Assembly (NCBI GenBank): GCA_050633245.1
Contig: JBOEGD010000027.1
Coordinates: forward strand, 74,050 to 138,049
Length of the DNA: 64,000 nucleotides
Source of the DNA: Calditrichia bacterium
Lineage (GTDB): Bacteria > Calditrichota > Calditrichia > RBG-13-44-9 > J075
Reading direction: 5' to 3'
Shown: positions 29,736 to 38,717 of the stretch, piece by piece
How positions within the stretch are numbered: the stretch's first letter is position 1
Layout of the letters: every line of letters begins with the position of its first letter
Position numbers and translations under genes: made by a program
The notes under the pieces: generated by a model
What the model was told of the DNA's origin: nothing
The model's database searches: none
What the model saw: the letters and a program-made list of their open reading frames with translations, nothing else

Positions 29736-29801
29736 TCCTGGTCCGGTATAATATACTTTACTTCTTTATTCGCGACAGATATAGAAAATTCGGAAAAGTA
29801 T

Positions 29802-30389
29802 TTATTTTTGTGCCTGCCACACCTCCCTGTCAAGTCTCATCAAATAGGTACTCCAGAAGCGGTCGCCAATTTGCGTATCCTGATCAAGCGTACGCTCGAG
29901 GCAGAATCCAACATTTTTATAACAACCAACGGCTGTAAGATTAAATATTAAGACCTTCAGAAAGAGATGGTCGACTCCGATCTCACCAAAAGCTACATCG
30001 CAGACCTGCTCCACCATGCGCGTTCCCAGTCCCAGCTGGCGATCTCCCCTCGAGCCAATCAGCGCACGACAAATGCTGGCCGTACCGCGACTCTTGTTAA
30101 TCTGGTTTAACTCGATGTGTCCGACAACCTGCCGCTTCGCGATATGCCATGCACGAAACAGTCTGCCCGCCCCACTCTGGATCTGCAGCTGCAAATGATC
30201 CAGAAGCTCGACCTCCTGCAAAGGCCAGGAGAAGGCATTCCCCGTCCACTGTCGACAAAGCTCTTCATTATCAACCCACTCCGCAAGGCGGGGCACATCT
30301 TCCTGGGTAAATGGCTGTAGCTCAATCATTAAAACTCCGGATTGCGATGGAAAAAAAGATAGACATTTTGAATCTGGAAAACAAACCAC
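29802..30389 (-). CDS. GNAT-family N-acetyltransferase (RimJ/RimL-like)
   Basis: 195 aa; acetyl-CoA binding region ...RQVVGHIEL...RALIGSRGDRQLGLGTRMV... Confidence 0.65.
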   Translation of the reverse strand: MVCFPDSKCLSFFPSQSGVLMIELQPFTQEDVPRLAEWVDNEELCRQWTGNAFSWPLQEVELLDHLQLQIQSGAGRLFRAWHIAKRQVVGHIELNQINKSRGTASICRALIGSRGDRQLGLGTRMVEQVCDVAFGEIGVDHLFLKVLIFNLTAVGCYKNVGFCLERTLDQDTQIGDRFWSTYLMRLDREVWQAQK

Positions 30390-30494
30390 TCCAGACTTGA
30401 AATCTGCTCGTTTATAGCTTAAATTAAAGATTGAAAAAAACGAATTACTTTACATACACCTCAGAAGCATGACATAAGAACAAGGAGTTTGGAC

Positions 30495-32375
30495 ATGGCT
30501 GAGACAAAGGCAAAAAAGAAAAAAAGCAGTGCAAAGCAGTTTGAATATCAAGCCGAGATGAAGCAGCTTTTACAGCTCATCGTACATTCGCTGTATACCA
30601 ATCAGGAAATCTTCCTCCGCGAAGTGATCTCAAACGCTTCAGACGCGCTGAATAAGGCGCGTTTCCGCTTACTGACCGAAAAAGACAACACGCTTGATGC
30701 CGATGCAGAACTAGGCATTCAAATTTCGCTCGACAAAGAGAACAACACGCTTTCGATTGAAGATAATGGCATTGGTATGACCGAAGAAGAGCTTTCCAGC
30801 CGTCTCGGTACTATCGCCAGTTCCGGAACACTCGAATTCATCAAGGAAATGCAAAAGGCGGAGAAGAAAGCCGATTCCAGCATGATTGGCCAGTTTGGCG
30901 TCGGGTTTTACTCGGTATTTATGGTTGCCAGTGAGGTAACGGTCGATACACGCCATGCGGCAAACGATTCCAAAGCACTGCGCTGGATTTCTTCAGGCGA
31001 AGGCACGTATACCATTGATGAAAGTGACCGTGAGTTACGCGGAACGAAAATCACGCTGAAGTTAAAGGAAGAAGCGAAAGAATACGCTGAAGACTATCGT
31101 ATCAAACACATCGTAAACACCTATTCCAACTTTGTTGATTTTCCCATTAAAGTAAATGATGAAGCAGTGAACACGGTGCAGGCGCTTTGGCATAAGCAAA
31201 AAAGTGATATCACCGATGAAGAATTAAACGAATTCTATAAGTTTATCAGCAACGACTTTGTAGACCCGATGGGTCATCTGCAGCTCAGCATAGAAGGGGT
31301 TGTCAATTTCAAGGCACTGCTCTTCTTCCCTGCCAAGCGTCCGCCGCAGTTCTTCCGTTCGGAAGAAGAACGCTCACTGCATCTGTATTCCAACAAAGTA
31401 TTTATCCAAAACGATTGTAAAGATCTGCTTCCGGAGTATCTGAGCTTTTTGAAGGGCGTTGTGGATACTGAAGATCTTCCGCTAAACGTATCACGTGAAG
31501 TAACGCAAAACAGTCCGGTAATGACCAAGATCAGCAACATTCTCGTCGGCAAAATTCTCGGATTTCTCGAAGACTGGGCCAAGAAAGAACCCGCCAAGTA
31601 CGCAGAGTTCACCAAGGAGTTCGGACAGGTTATTAAACTTGGTCATCAGAGTGACTTTGCCAATAAAGATCGCATCACGAATCTAATGCGCTTCGAAACG
31701 ACGATTACCGAAGATGACAAGTTCACCTCGCTCGAGAATTATGTTAGTCGCATGGGCGAAGATCAAAAGGAAATTTATTACATCTCCGGCGAAAACCGCA
31801 GTGCCTTACTGCGCAATCCGAATCTCGAATATTTTCGCAAGAACGAGCTCGAGGTGTTACTGCTAACCGATCCGGTAGACGTTTTTGTTGTTCCGGGAAT
31901 GAACGAATACGACGGCAAGCCGATCAAGTCTATTGAAAAGGCAGATCTCGATTTAGACGAAGATGATAAGTCTGGCGAAGAAAAGCTGGCAGAGAATCTT
32001 TCAAGCTCGTTGATTGATGTCTTTAAAGAAACGCTGGGCGATAAAGTTGAAGACGTTATCGAATCGCAGCGTTTGGTAGATTCTCCAGCTACGTTGGTAT
32101 CCGGCAAGGATGCACTCGATCCGCAGATGGAGCGCATGATGAAGATGATGCAGCAGGAATTTGCCGGTTCGAAGAAGATTATGGAGATCAATACCAGACA
32201 CCCGCTAATCAAGAATCTGTCTCGTTTGAATATGGGCAGCAGCACCGACCCAATGTTACGCAACTGTATTCTTCAGCTCTTTGAGTCCGCTATGCTGATT
32301 GACGGCGAATTAAAAGACACATCAGACTTCGTGCAACGCCTTACAGATTTTATGGAGGCGGCAACCAAGGGTTAA
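30495..32375 (+). CDS. htpG: molecular chaperone HtpG (Hsp90)
   Basis: MKQLLQLIVHSLYTNQEIFLREVISNASDALNK is the Hsp90 N-terminal ATPase signature; the ATG at 30495 is preferred over 30489 because of the upstream AAGGAG. Confidence 0.95.
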   Translation: MAETKAKKKKSSAKQFEYQAEMKQLLQLIVHSLYTNQEIFLREVISNASDALNKARFRLLTEKDNTLDADAELGIQISLDKENNTLSIEDNGIGMTEEELSSRLGTIASSGTLEFIKEMQKAEKKADSSMIGQFGVGFYSVFMVASEVTVDTRHAANDSKALRWISSGEGTYTIDESDRELRGTKITLKLKEEAKEYAEDYRIKHIVNTYSNFVDFPIKVNDEAVNTVQALWHKQKSDITDEELNEFYKFISNDFVDPMGHLQLSIEGVVNFKALLFFPAKRPPQFFRSEEERSLHLYSNKVFIQNDCKDLLPEYLSFLKGVVDTEDLPLNVSREVTQNSPVMTKISNILVGKILGFLEDWAKKEPAKYAEFTKEFGQVIKLGHQSDFANKDRITNLMRFETTITEDDKFTSLENYVSRMGEDQKEIYYISGENRSALLRNPNLEYFRKNELEVLLLTDPVDVFVVPGMNEYDGKPIKSIEKADLDLDEDDKSGEEKLAENLSSSLIDVFKETLGDKVEDVIESQRLVDSPATLVSGKDALDPQMERMMKMMQQEFAGSKKIMEINTRHPLIKNLSRLNMGSSTDPMLRNCILQLFESAMLIDGELKDTSDFVQRLTDFMEAATKG

Positions 32376-32377
32376 TA

Positions 32378-33178
32378 TTGCCGAATCAGATGATAAAATC
32401 AATTCCCTTTCGCGATCCGGATGGCAGAAAACGCCGTCTGGATCCGCTTTTTGAGAACGACCAGCTTCTGGCTGTCAATAAAGACTCCGGTCTGCCGGTG
32501 CTTCCGGATCGCTGGGATCCCGACATTCCGAATGTTCGTGGCCTGCTCGAACGTGAATACCGGAAGATTGATCCACAGAATGAACATCCGGTTTGGATCG
32601 TTCACCGCATCGATGCTGCTACCAGCGGTATACTGTTGGTAGCTAAAACCGCAAATATGCATCGGGAATTGAACATCATGTTCAGCGAAACAAAGATTGA
32701 AAAGACTTATCTGTGCGTCGTTCAGGGAGCTCCACCGGCAGAATCCGGTGTGGTCGATCTGCCGCTTGAGAAAACGTCACGCGCGAAACGCCCGGTGCGC
32801 ATCGGTCATCAGGGAAAACCTGCCGAAACAGGTTGGAAGATTATCGAACGCTTTAAGCGCTATACTCTGGTTGAAGCTCGTCCGAAAACAGGTCGCATGC
32901 ATCAAATTCGCGTGCACATGCAGAGCCTTGGTTGTCCTCTGGCACTCGATCCACTCTACGGCAATTCCAATCCATTGACAATTGAGCAGTTTAAGCACAA
33001 TGCCCGACGAACAGCTGACGAAAATGCAGGAGGCGCACTTACCAATCGCCTGACGCTGCATGCTGCACAGTTAAAGTTTACCGACCCGCTCGATGGCAGC
33101 GAGCGTCATTTTGAAGCTCCCTTATCAAAAGACCTAACAGCCCTGTTGAAGACACTGCGAAAATGGGATAAACCTTGA
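32378..33178 (+). CDS. RluA-family pseudouridine synthase
   Basis: Catalytic motif HRIDAATSGILLV; ORF-track start is TTG, and an in-frame ATG at 32390 may be the real start. Confidence 0.8.
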   Translation: MPNQMIKSIPFRDPDGRKRRLDPLFENDQLLAVNKDSGLPVLPDRWDPDIPNVRGLLEREYRKIDPQNEHPVWIVHRIDAATSGILLVAKTANMHRELNIMFSETKIEKTYLCVVQGAPPAESGVVDLPLEKTSRAKRPVRIGHQGKPAETGWKIIERFKRYTLVEARPKTGRMHQIRVHMQSLGCPLALDPLYGNSNPLTIEQFKHNARRTADENAGGALTNRLTLHAAQLKFTDPLDGSERHFEAPLSKDLTALLKTLRKWDKP

Positions 33179-33603
33179 TTTCTGCTATATTTGGAAACAT
33201 TTTTCCCACTAGCTAGGAAAAACGAAACGATAAATGATGAACAGCCGACTCTTTGAAATCAACGTAACTCGTTTAAAAACAGTATTCAAGAAACAAAAAC
33301 ACCCTAATTGGTATCTTTTTTGTTTTAAAATGAACAATAGTTGTCGATAAGAATACAATAAACAGCACGGGTTGAAATAGCTTTCGAACATTTGTTCCAG
33401 CGATCCTCTCTAATCGAAAGCAGCCGCGCAGCAGAATATAGATTCAGGATAATCACAGTCTCTCGTAGACGCGACCTAAAAAACCGCGACTCAATATACC
33501 TTTTTTACATTTTTAGCATTAATTAAACGCTCAGTGATAGATCTGCTATCAGCTGAAATCGCTGCATATAATACCATTGATATAGATGTGAGGATCGTAT
33601 TCA

Positions 33604-36465
33604 ATGACACGAAATGATACACGCTATCCACTACTACTCTGCATTTTTCTAACCGTTCTTATGGCCGCCCCCCCTGTAGCTTCACAGTGGTTTTATTTCG
33701 GCAGGAACAAAGTTCAATACACCGACTTCGATTGGAAAGTGCTGAAGACCAAGCACTTCGACATCTATTATTATGATGAGACCGAAGAGCTCGCTGAACG
33801 CGGTGCAAAGTATGCTGAGGAAAGCTATACTTATCTTGAAAATAAATTCAACTTTGCCGTTACCAGACGCATTCCGCTAATCTTCTATAGTTCCCACCTA
33901 CATTTTCAGCAGACGAATATCACCCCCGGACATATCCCGGAAGGGGTTGGAGGATTTTTCGAATTCCTGAAAGGTCGAGTCGTTATTCCCAGCACCGGCA
34001 GCACGAATGCCTTTAAAAAAGTGATTCAGCACGAGCTGGTTCACGTGTTTATGCACTCCAAGGTATATTTCGTAAATAAAGAGCATGGCCGCTTCGATGG
34101 AACCTATCCCCCACTCTGGTTTGTGGAGGGCTTGGCTGAATACTGGTCCAGCACCTGGGATGCGCAGGCAGAAATGATTATCAAAGATGCGGTGTTACAC
34201 AATTACCTGGCCCCGCTCTCGCAGATCTGGCGCATTAACGGCACCTTCTCGATGTATAAGGAAGGCCAGGCAATTCTGGAGTATATTGGTGAACACTACG
34301 GTGAAGATAAAATCCTGCTACTGATGGAAAATGTCTGGAAGTACGGAAAATTCTCAGACGTCTGGCACGAGGTGATTGGTAAAAGCTATGAAGAATTTGA
34401 TCAGGAATGGGTCTACCACTTAAAGAAAAAATACTATCCGCTTCTCGCAGATCACGATTTTTCGCGAATCACCTCTGAAACAGTGGTCAAAAACGGCTAC
34501 AATTTTAAGCCGGCCTATTACAAAAACTCTGAAGGTGATGACAAGCTGCTCTTCATCGGTAATCGCACCGGTTATACCAACATTTTTATGACCGATCTCG
34601 ATCCGAAAAAGAACAAGAATAAAAAGGGCAAAGAAAAGCTGAAGCAGCTGGTAAAAAGCGGCACCAGCTCAGATTTCGAAGCGTTTCATATTTTCTCGAG
34701 TAAGATCGATGTATCAAAAGACGGTCGATTGGCCTTCTCTTCGAAAGCCGGCGAAAAAGACGCACTCTATTTATACAATGTTGAAGATGAAGAAGTGACG
34801 CATAAGCTGGAGTGGAATGATATTGTTGGCATTTCGTCCCCGGCTTTTTCAACGGACAATAAGAGGATTGTTTTCAGCGGGCTGCGATTTAACGGTAACA
34901 AAGATCTGTTTGTTTACGACCTTACCAGTGAAGAGCTAATGCAGCTTACCAACGACTTCTATGATGACAGTGCTCCTTCTTTCTCACCGGACGGCCGTTA
35001 TATCACTTTCTCCTCCGATAGGACAACATACGGTGATCAGTGGAGCTACAATGTATTTGTCTACGATTTGGAGACGGGTTTAACCTACTACGTTACCTCC
35101 AGCCGCAATCAGGACAATACCCCTGTATGGTCACCAGACGGCGGACATATTGCTTTTACATCAGATCGCGATTCTGCACTCAACATTTGGGTCGCAGACG
35201 TATCCGATATATCAGAATGGTCGGCGGAGAGCTATTTAAATATTCCGCTAAAACAGATATCCAAATTTGCCAATGCCGCCTTCGACCCGGAGTGGGTGAG
35301 CGACGATCAACTCTGCTTTGCCGTATATGAGCAAAACCGCTTCGAAATACGCAGCATGAAGAACGTTTCCAAGAAGATTGAAGAACCTTCTGCCGTTGTT
35401 GAGAATAAACCAATGCTTGCTCATTCTCACTGGCAGCCCGGGAAAGTTCCCGGAAACAAAGTTATTTCAAAGCTGAAATACAATAAACGCTACAATCTGG
35501 ATGTCGCCCAGACCCAGGTGGACCAAAATCCATTCTGGGGCACCAGTGGTGGTGCTGTTTTCGCCTTTACAGACCTGCTTGGCAACGATCAGTATTATTT
35601 TCTGCTCTACAACAATGCACAGAGTAGATCAGACTTTCTTAAAAGCACCAATGTCGCAATCTCGAAGGTGTCGCTCGGTAAACGCACCAACTATGCCTAT
35701 GGATTATTTCGCTACGCCGGATTGCGTTTCAACTTTAAGGATGACTTTTTCTTTGAGGATCAGGTTGGTGGCTTCTTTACCATTAGCTACCCGTTCTCAC
35801 ATTATCACCGAATGGAGTTCAGCTCTAATCTGGCCTACTCCGACAAGGAGTCGGTAGTTGTCGATCGGCGCTTTGCCTGGCTTAGCTCGAATTTTGTTTC
35901 GCTTATTCACGATAATTCTATCTGGTCTTATACCGGGCCAATCGAAGGAAGTCGCTACAACTTGTCTATCGGTAACACCTATGATGTTAAAAACTCTAAC
36001 GTCAATTACTGGACCTTCCTGGCAGATTATCGTCGCTACGACCGACTAACAAGTAAAATAACCTATGCCTCGCGCTATCTTGCGTTACTGAATGACGGTC
36101 GCGAGACGCGCTGGTATTATCTCGGTGGAAGCTGGGATATGCGCGGCTATCGGCGTTTTTCAATTCGTGGCGAAAAGATCGTTTTTACCTCGCATGAGAT
36201 TCGCTTTCCTTTCATTGATTATCTCGGTGTAAAGTTTCCCTTTATCTCAATGGTCTTTCCGGGAATTCGCGGTGCCTTATTTCTCGATGCCGGTAATGCC
36301 TGGAACGGCAATGATTATGACGGCTTAGTCGGTAGCTTTGGCTTTGGCGCGCGGGTTAACCTCGGTGGTTTTCTGGTACTTCGTTACGATGTCGGTCGTA
36401 AAACTGACTTTAATTCCATCAACAACAACTGGTTCACTCAATTCTTTTTCGGATGGGATTTCTAA
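33604..36465 (+). CDS. multidomain envelope protein: signal peptide, HExxH zinc-metallopeptidase-like domain, PD40/WD40-like beta-propeller repeats (TolB-like), C-terminal Omp85/surface-antigen-like beta-barrel
   Basis: HELVHVFMH zinc-binding motif; repeats FSPDGRYITFSSDR and WSPDGGHIAFTSDRD; C-terminus GFGARVNLGGFLVLRYDVGRKTDF...FFFGWDF ends in aromatic residues like outer-membrane barrels. Confidence 0.5.
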   Translation: MTRNDTRYPLLLCIFLTVLMAAPPVASQWFYFGRNKVQYTDFDWKVLKTKHFDIYYYDETEELAERGAKYAEESYTYLENKFNFAVTRRIPLIFYSSHLHFQQTNITPGHIPEGVGGFFEFLKGRVVIPSTGSTNAFKKVIQHELVHVFMHSKVYFVNKEHGRFDGTYPPLWFVEGLAEYWSSTWDAQAEMIIKDAVLHNYLAPLSQIWRINGTFSMYKEGQAILEYIGEHYGEDKILLLMENVWKYGKFSDVWHEVIGKSYEEFDQEWVYHLKKKYYPLLADHDFSRITSETVVKNGYNFKPAYYKNSEGDDKLLFIGNRTGYTNIFMTDLDPKKNKNKKGKEKLKQLVKSGTSSDFEAFHIFSSKIDVSKDGRLAFSSKAGEKDALYLYNVEDEEVTHKLEWNDIVGISSPAFSTDNKRIVFSGLRFNGNKDLFVYDLTSEELMQLTNDFYDDSAPSFSPDGRYITFSSDRTTYGDQWSYNVFVYDLETGLTYYVTSSRNQDNTPVWSPDGGHIAFTSDRDSALNIWVADVSDISEWSAESYLNIPLKQISKFANAAFDPEWVSDDQLCFAVYEQNRFEIRSMKNVSKKIEEPSAVVENKPMLAHSHWQPGKVPGNKVISKLKYNKRYNLDVAQTQVDQNPFWGTSGGAVFAFTDLLGNDQYYFLLYNNAQSRSDFLKSTNVAISKVSLGKRTNYAYGLFRYAGLRFNFKDDFFFEDQVGGFFTISYPFSHYHRMEFSSNLAYSDKESVVVDRRFAWLSSNFVSLIHDNSIWSYTGPIEGSRYNLSIGNTYDVKNSNVNYWTFLADYRRYDRLTSKITYASRYLALLNDGRETRWYYLGGSWDMRGYRRFSIRGEKIVFTSHEIRFPFIDYLGVKFPFISMVFPGIRGALFLDAGNAWNGNDYDGLVGSFGFGARVNLGGFLVLRYDVGRKTDFNSINNNWFTQFFFGWDF

Positions 36466-37673
36466 TGAAAAATAAAATAAGCAGTTTCATCAACTATCGC
36501 AGTCGTTTCCGGAGCAACCTCATTTTGCTATCCAGCTTGCTGATTGTGCTGGCTGGCTGCGCCGGTCTGGTAAAGCTGGATCTTCCATCGGAGTCAGAAC
36601 GTGACGCTGATGAGAGCTGGACCATGCTCGGCAAAAACGATCAGCGGCAACACTTCTCCACAAAAAACGTTGTGCCTCCACTAGACATCGTGTGGAAAAA
36701 GAGAGTGAAATCTGTTGTTGTCGATCATCCCCTGGCGATAGGCGACTACATTATTGCACCAACCAAAGCCGGTGAACTTTATCTGGTGGATTATCTGACC
36801 GGGAGTGGTATTGGTACCGGTAAGATTGGTGTGGCAATGGATAATGCGCCGATGATCTCAGGAAACAGCCTGCTGGTCGCAATGAAAGCCGGTAAGGAAA
36901 AGCTGTTAAAACTCGATCTGCGCTATGCAGAGAAAGAGTATAATCAGCCCTATCCTGCAATTAATACGTCGCCGCTGGTTTGGGAAGACAAAATTTATTT
37001 CGGCAGCGACCGGAAACGATTCTTTTGTGCAGAGTTTCAAAGCGGCGAACAAATTTGGGAATATGAAACAGAAGGAGCGGTTCATAGTTCGCCGGCTCGA
37101 TCTGGCAATACGATAATCCTGGCGGATGTTAACGGCAACCTATATGCGCTGGATGCTGAAGAAGGCACAGAAGTCTGGAAGACTCAGCTAACCGGAACTA
37201 TTTATTCTCATCCGGTTCTCGATGACGAGCATATATTTATCGGCACGGTTTCGGGCAACTTTTACGCGGTATCTGTAGAAACCGGAGAAACTGTTTGGGA
37301 AAAGAGTTTCCCCGGATCCGTTTACAGCAGCCCGTCAATTTATGGAAATGAGCTCTATATAGGACACAATGCCCACGAGCTGCTTTGCATTTACAAAACT
37401 ACCGGGGAAATCGTTTGGCGCTACCAAACAGAGGGCATCATCAACACAGTGCCTCTCCCCTCGCCAGACTACGTCTATGTTACATCCTGGGATAAAAATC
37501 TACACGTGGTGAATCGCCTTAGCGGACAGCTCGTTTTTAAATATGAGCTTAAAAAGCCGGTAAAGAGTTCTCCTATAATTTATCGTGACTACCTGCTGCT
37601 GCATCTTGCCAACGACCAGCTTATTGCCTTGGCAAATGAAAAGATCGTGACAGAACGGAGACCAAAACTATGA
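36465..37673 (+). CDS. PQQ-repeat beta-propeller lipoprotein (BamB/YfgL-like)
   Basis: Lipobox LAGCAG; repeated PQQ-like motifs (LYALDAEEGTEVWK, FYAVSVETGETVWEK, LLCIYKTTGEIVWRY); ATG overlaps the TAA of the upstream gene. Confidence 0.65.
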   Translation: MKNKISSFINYRSRFRSNLILLSSLLIVLAGCAGLVKLDLPSESERDADESWTMLGKNDQRQHFSTKNVVPPLDIVWKKRVKSVVVDHPLAIGDYIIAPTKAGELYLVDYLTGSGIGTGKIGVAMDNAPMISGNSLLVAMKAGKEKLLKLDLRYAEKEYNQPYPAINTSPLVWEDKIYFGSDRKRFFCAEFQSGEQIWEYETEGAVHSSPARSGNTIILADVNGNLYALDAEEGTEVWKTQLTGTIYSHPVLDDEHIFIGTVSGNFYAVSVETGETVWEKSFPGSVYSSPSIYGNELYIGHNAHELLCIYKTTGEIVWRYQTEGIINTVPLPSPDYVYVTSWDKNLHVVNRLSGQLVFKYELKKPVKSSPIIYRDYLLLHLANDQLIALANEKIVTERRPKL

Positions 37674-38443
37674 GACATATACTATTCTTTTTGCTAATCG
37701 CCCTTCTTATTCTCCCGCTTTCGGCTCAGGACAACACAGACGGCTTCCTAACGGTTGATAGTAACCCGGACGGATGCTGGGTGAGAGTCGATTCTTTACT
37801 GGTTGGCAAAACACCCCTCCAGCGTTATGCCATTCCTGCTGGCGCCCATCGCATTCAAATCTACCCGCCTCAGACGGGCATTTGGAATCTACAGGAGCGT
37901 AATTTCGATATTGAGATTTCTGCAGGAGCCGTAGAAGAAATTCGGGCCAGTTTCAGTCGACCCGTGTTAATAAATAGCCTTCCGTATGGCGCTCAGGTCT
38001 ATCAGGATACCACCAAACTGGGTATAACACCTTTATCCCTCTCTTTTGAGCAATATGCCGGTAAATCGCTTCAAGTATCGAAATCCGGTTACGCACCTCA
38101 CAAATTTGTATTGAACGAGCCCATTGCAATTCTGGCACGACTCGAAAAGAACGACAGCTTTGTGGAAGAGGCCAAAAAGCCACAGCTTCTGGGTGTGATT
38201 CCCAAACGCCACGTTAAGAGTAAATTTTCACTACTGGCGCTTTCTGTAGCATCGCACTGGGCTGCCTTTCATTTCAAGAATGTTGCAGATAGTAACTTCG
38301 ATAAATATCAGCTTTCCGGAGACCCTGCTTCCAGAGACAGGCTTTTCGACAATACCCAGCGCTACGACCGCTTTTCCGAGATTAGTCTTGGCGTTTCCTA
38401 CGCAAGTCTTGCCGGCCTCATCTATATGGTGATCTGGAAGTAA
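37670..38443 (+). CDS. PEGA-domain protein, secreted or membrane-anchored
   Basis: Signal peptide; two PEGA-like segments (VDSNPDGCWVRVDSLLVGKTP; INSLPYGAQVYQDTTKLGITP); C-terminal hydrophobic anchor. Confidence 0.5.
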   Translation: MRHILFFLLIALLILPLSAQDNTDGFLTVDSNPDGCWVRVDSLLVGKTPLQRYAIPAGAHRIQIYPPQTGIWNLQERNFDIEISAGAVEEIRASFSRPVLINSLPYGAQVYQDTTKLGITPLSLSFEQYAGKSLQVSKSGYAPHKFVLNEPIAILARLEKNDSFVEEAKKPQLLGVIPKRHVKSKFSLLALSVASHWAAFHFKNVADSNFDKYQLSGDPASRDRLFDNTQRYDRFSEISLGVSYASLAGLIYMVIWK

Positions 38444-38494
38444 TAAATCGTTTTTTTATTATTGCCATTATCACATTTTCCCTCTAAATTCGAT

Positions 38495-38532
38495 TCTTAT
38501 CTGAATATAAATATATCCGTATTCAGATAAGA
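38495..38532. promoter_or_regulatory. perfect 13-bp inverted repeat TCTTATCTGAATA-N12-TATTCAGATAAGA between the PEGA gene and gdhA
   Basis: Read directly from sequence. It sits about 185 bp upstream of the gdhA start codon and has no U-tail, so it may be an operator or a structured element rather than a canonical terminator. Confidence 0.4.
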
Positions 38533-38717
38533 GGGAATGATTTCATACGACGATATAAGAACATCCTCGTGCTTTCTAAAGAAAGCGGATGTATTGTTGT
38601 CTGGCCAAACCGTTTCCGTCTTGATTTCCTAATCATCGAACGTAACTATACGCATAGTGACGCTTTTACATTTCATCTTAATTCCAGTTGGGCCCCCATG
38701 GCCCCGGAGGATAAACT

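Noticed and set aside
27540-29790. Calling the low-GC islet a mobile element
   Set aside because: There is no integrase, transposase, tRNA attachment site or flanking direct repeats. Only compositional and gene-content evidence exists, so it is reported as a finding rather than annotated as a mobile element.
38689-38708. GGGCCCCCATGGCCCCGG, a GC-rich block just upstream of the gdhA RBS
   Set aside because: It is not self-complementary beyond the central CCATGG, and no repeat of it was found elsewhere. It is probably incidental.
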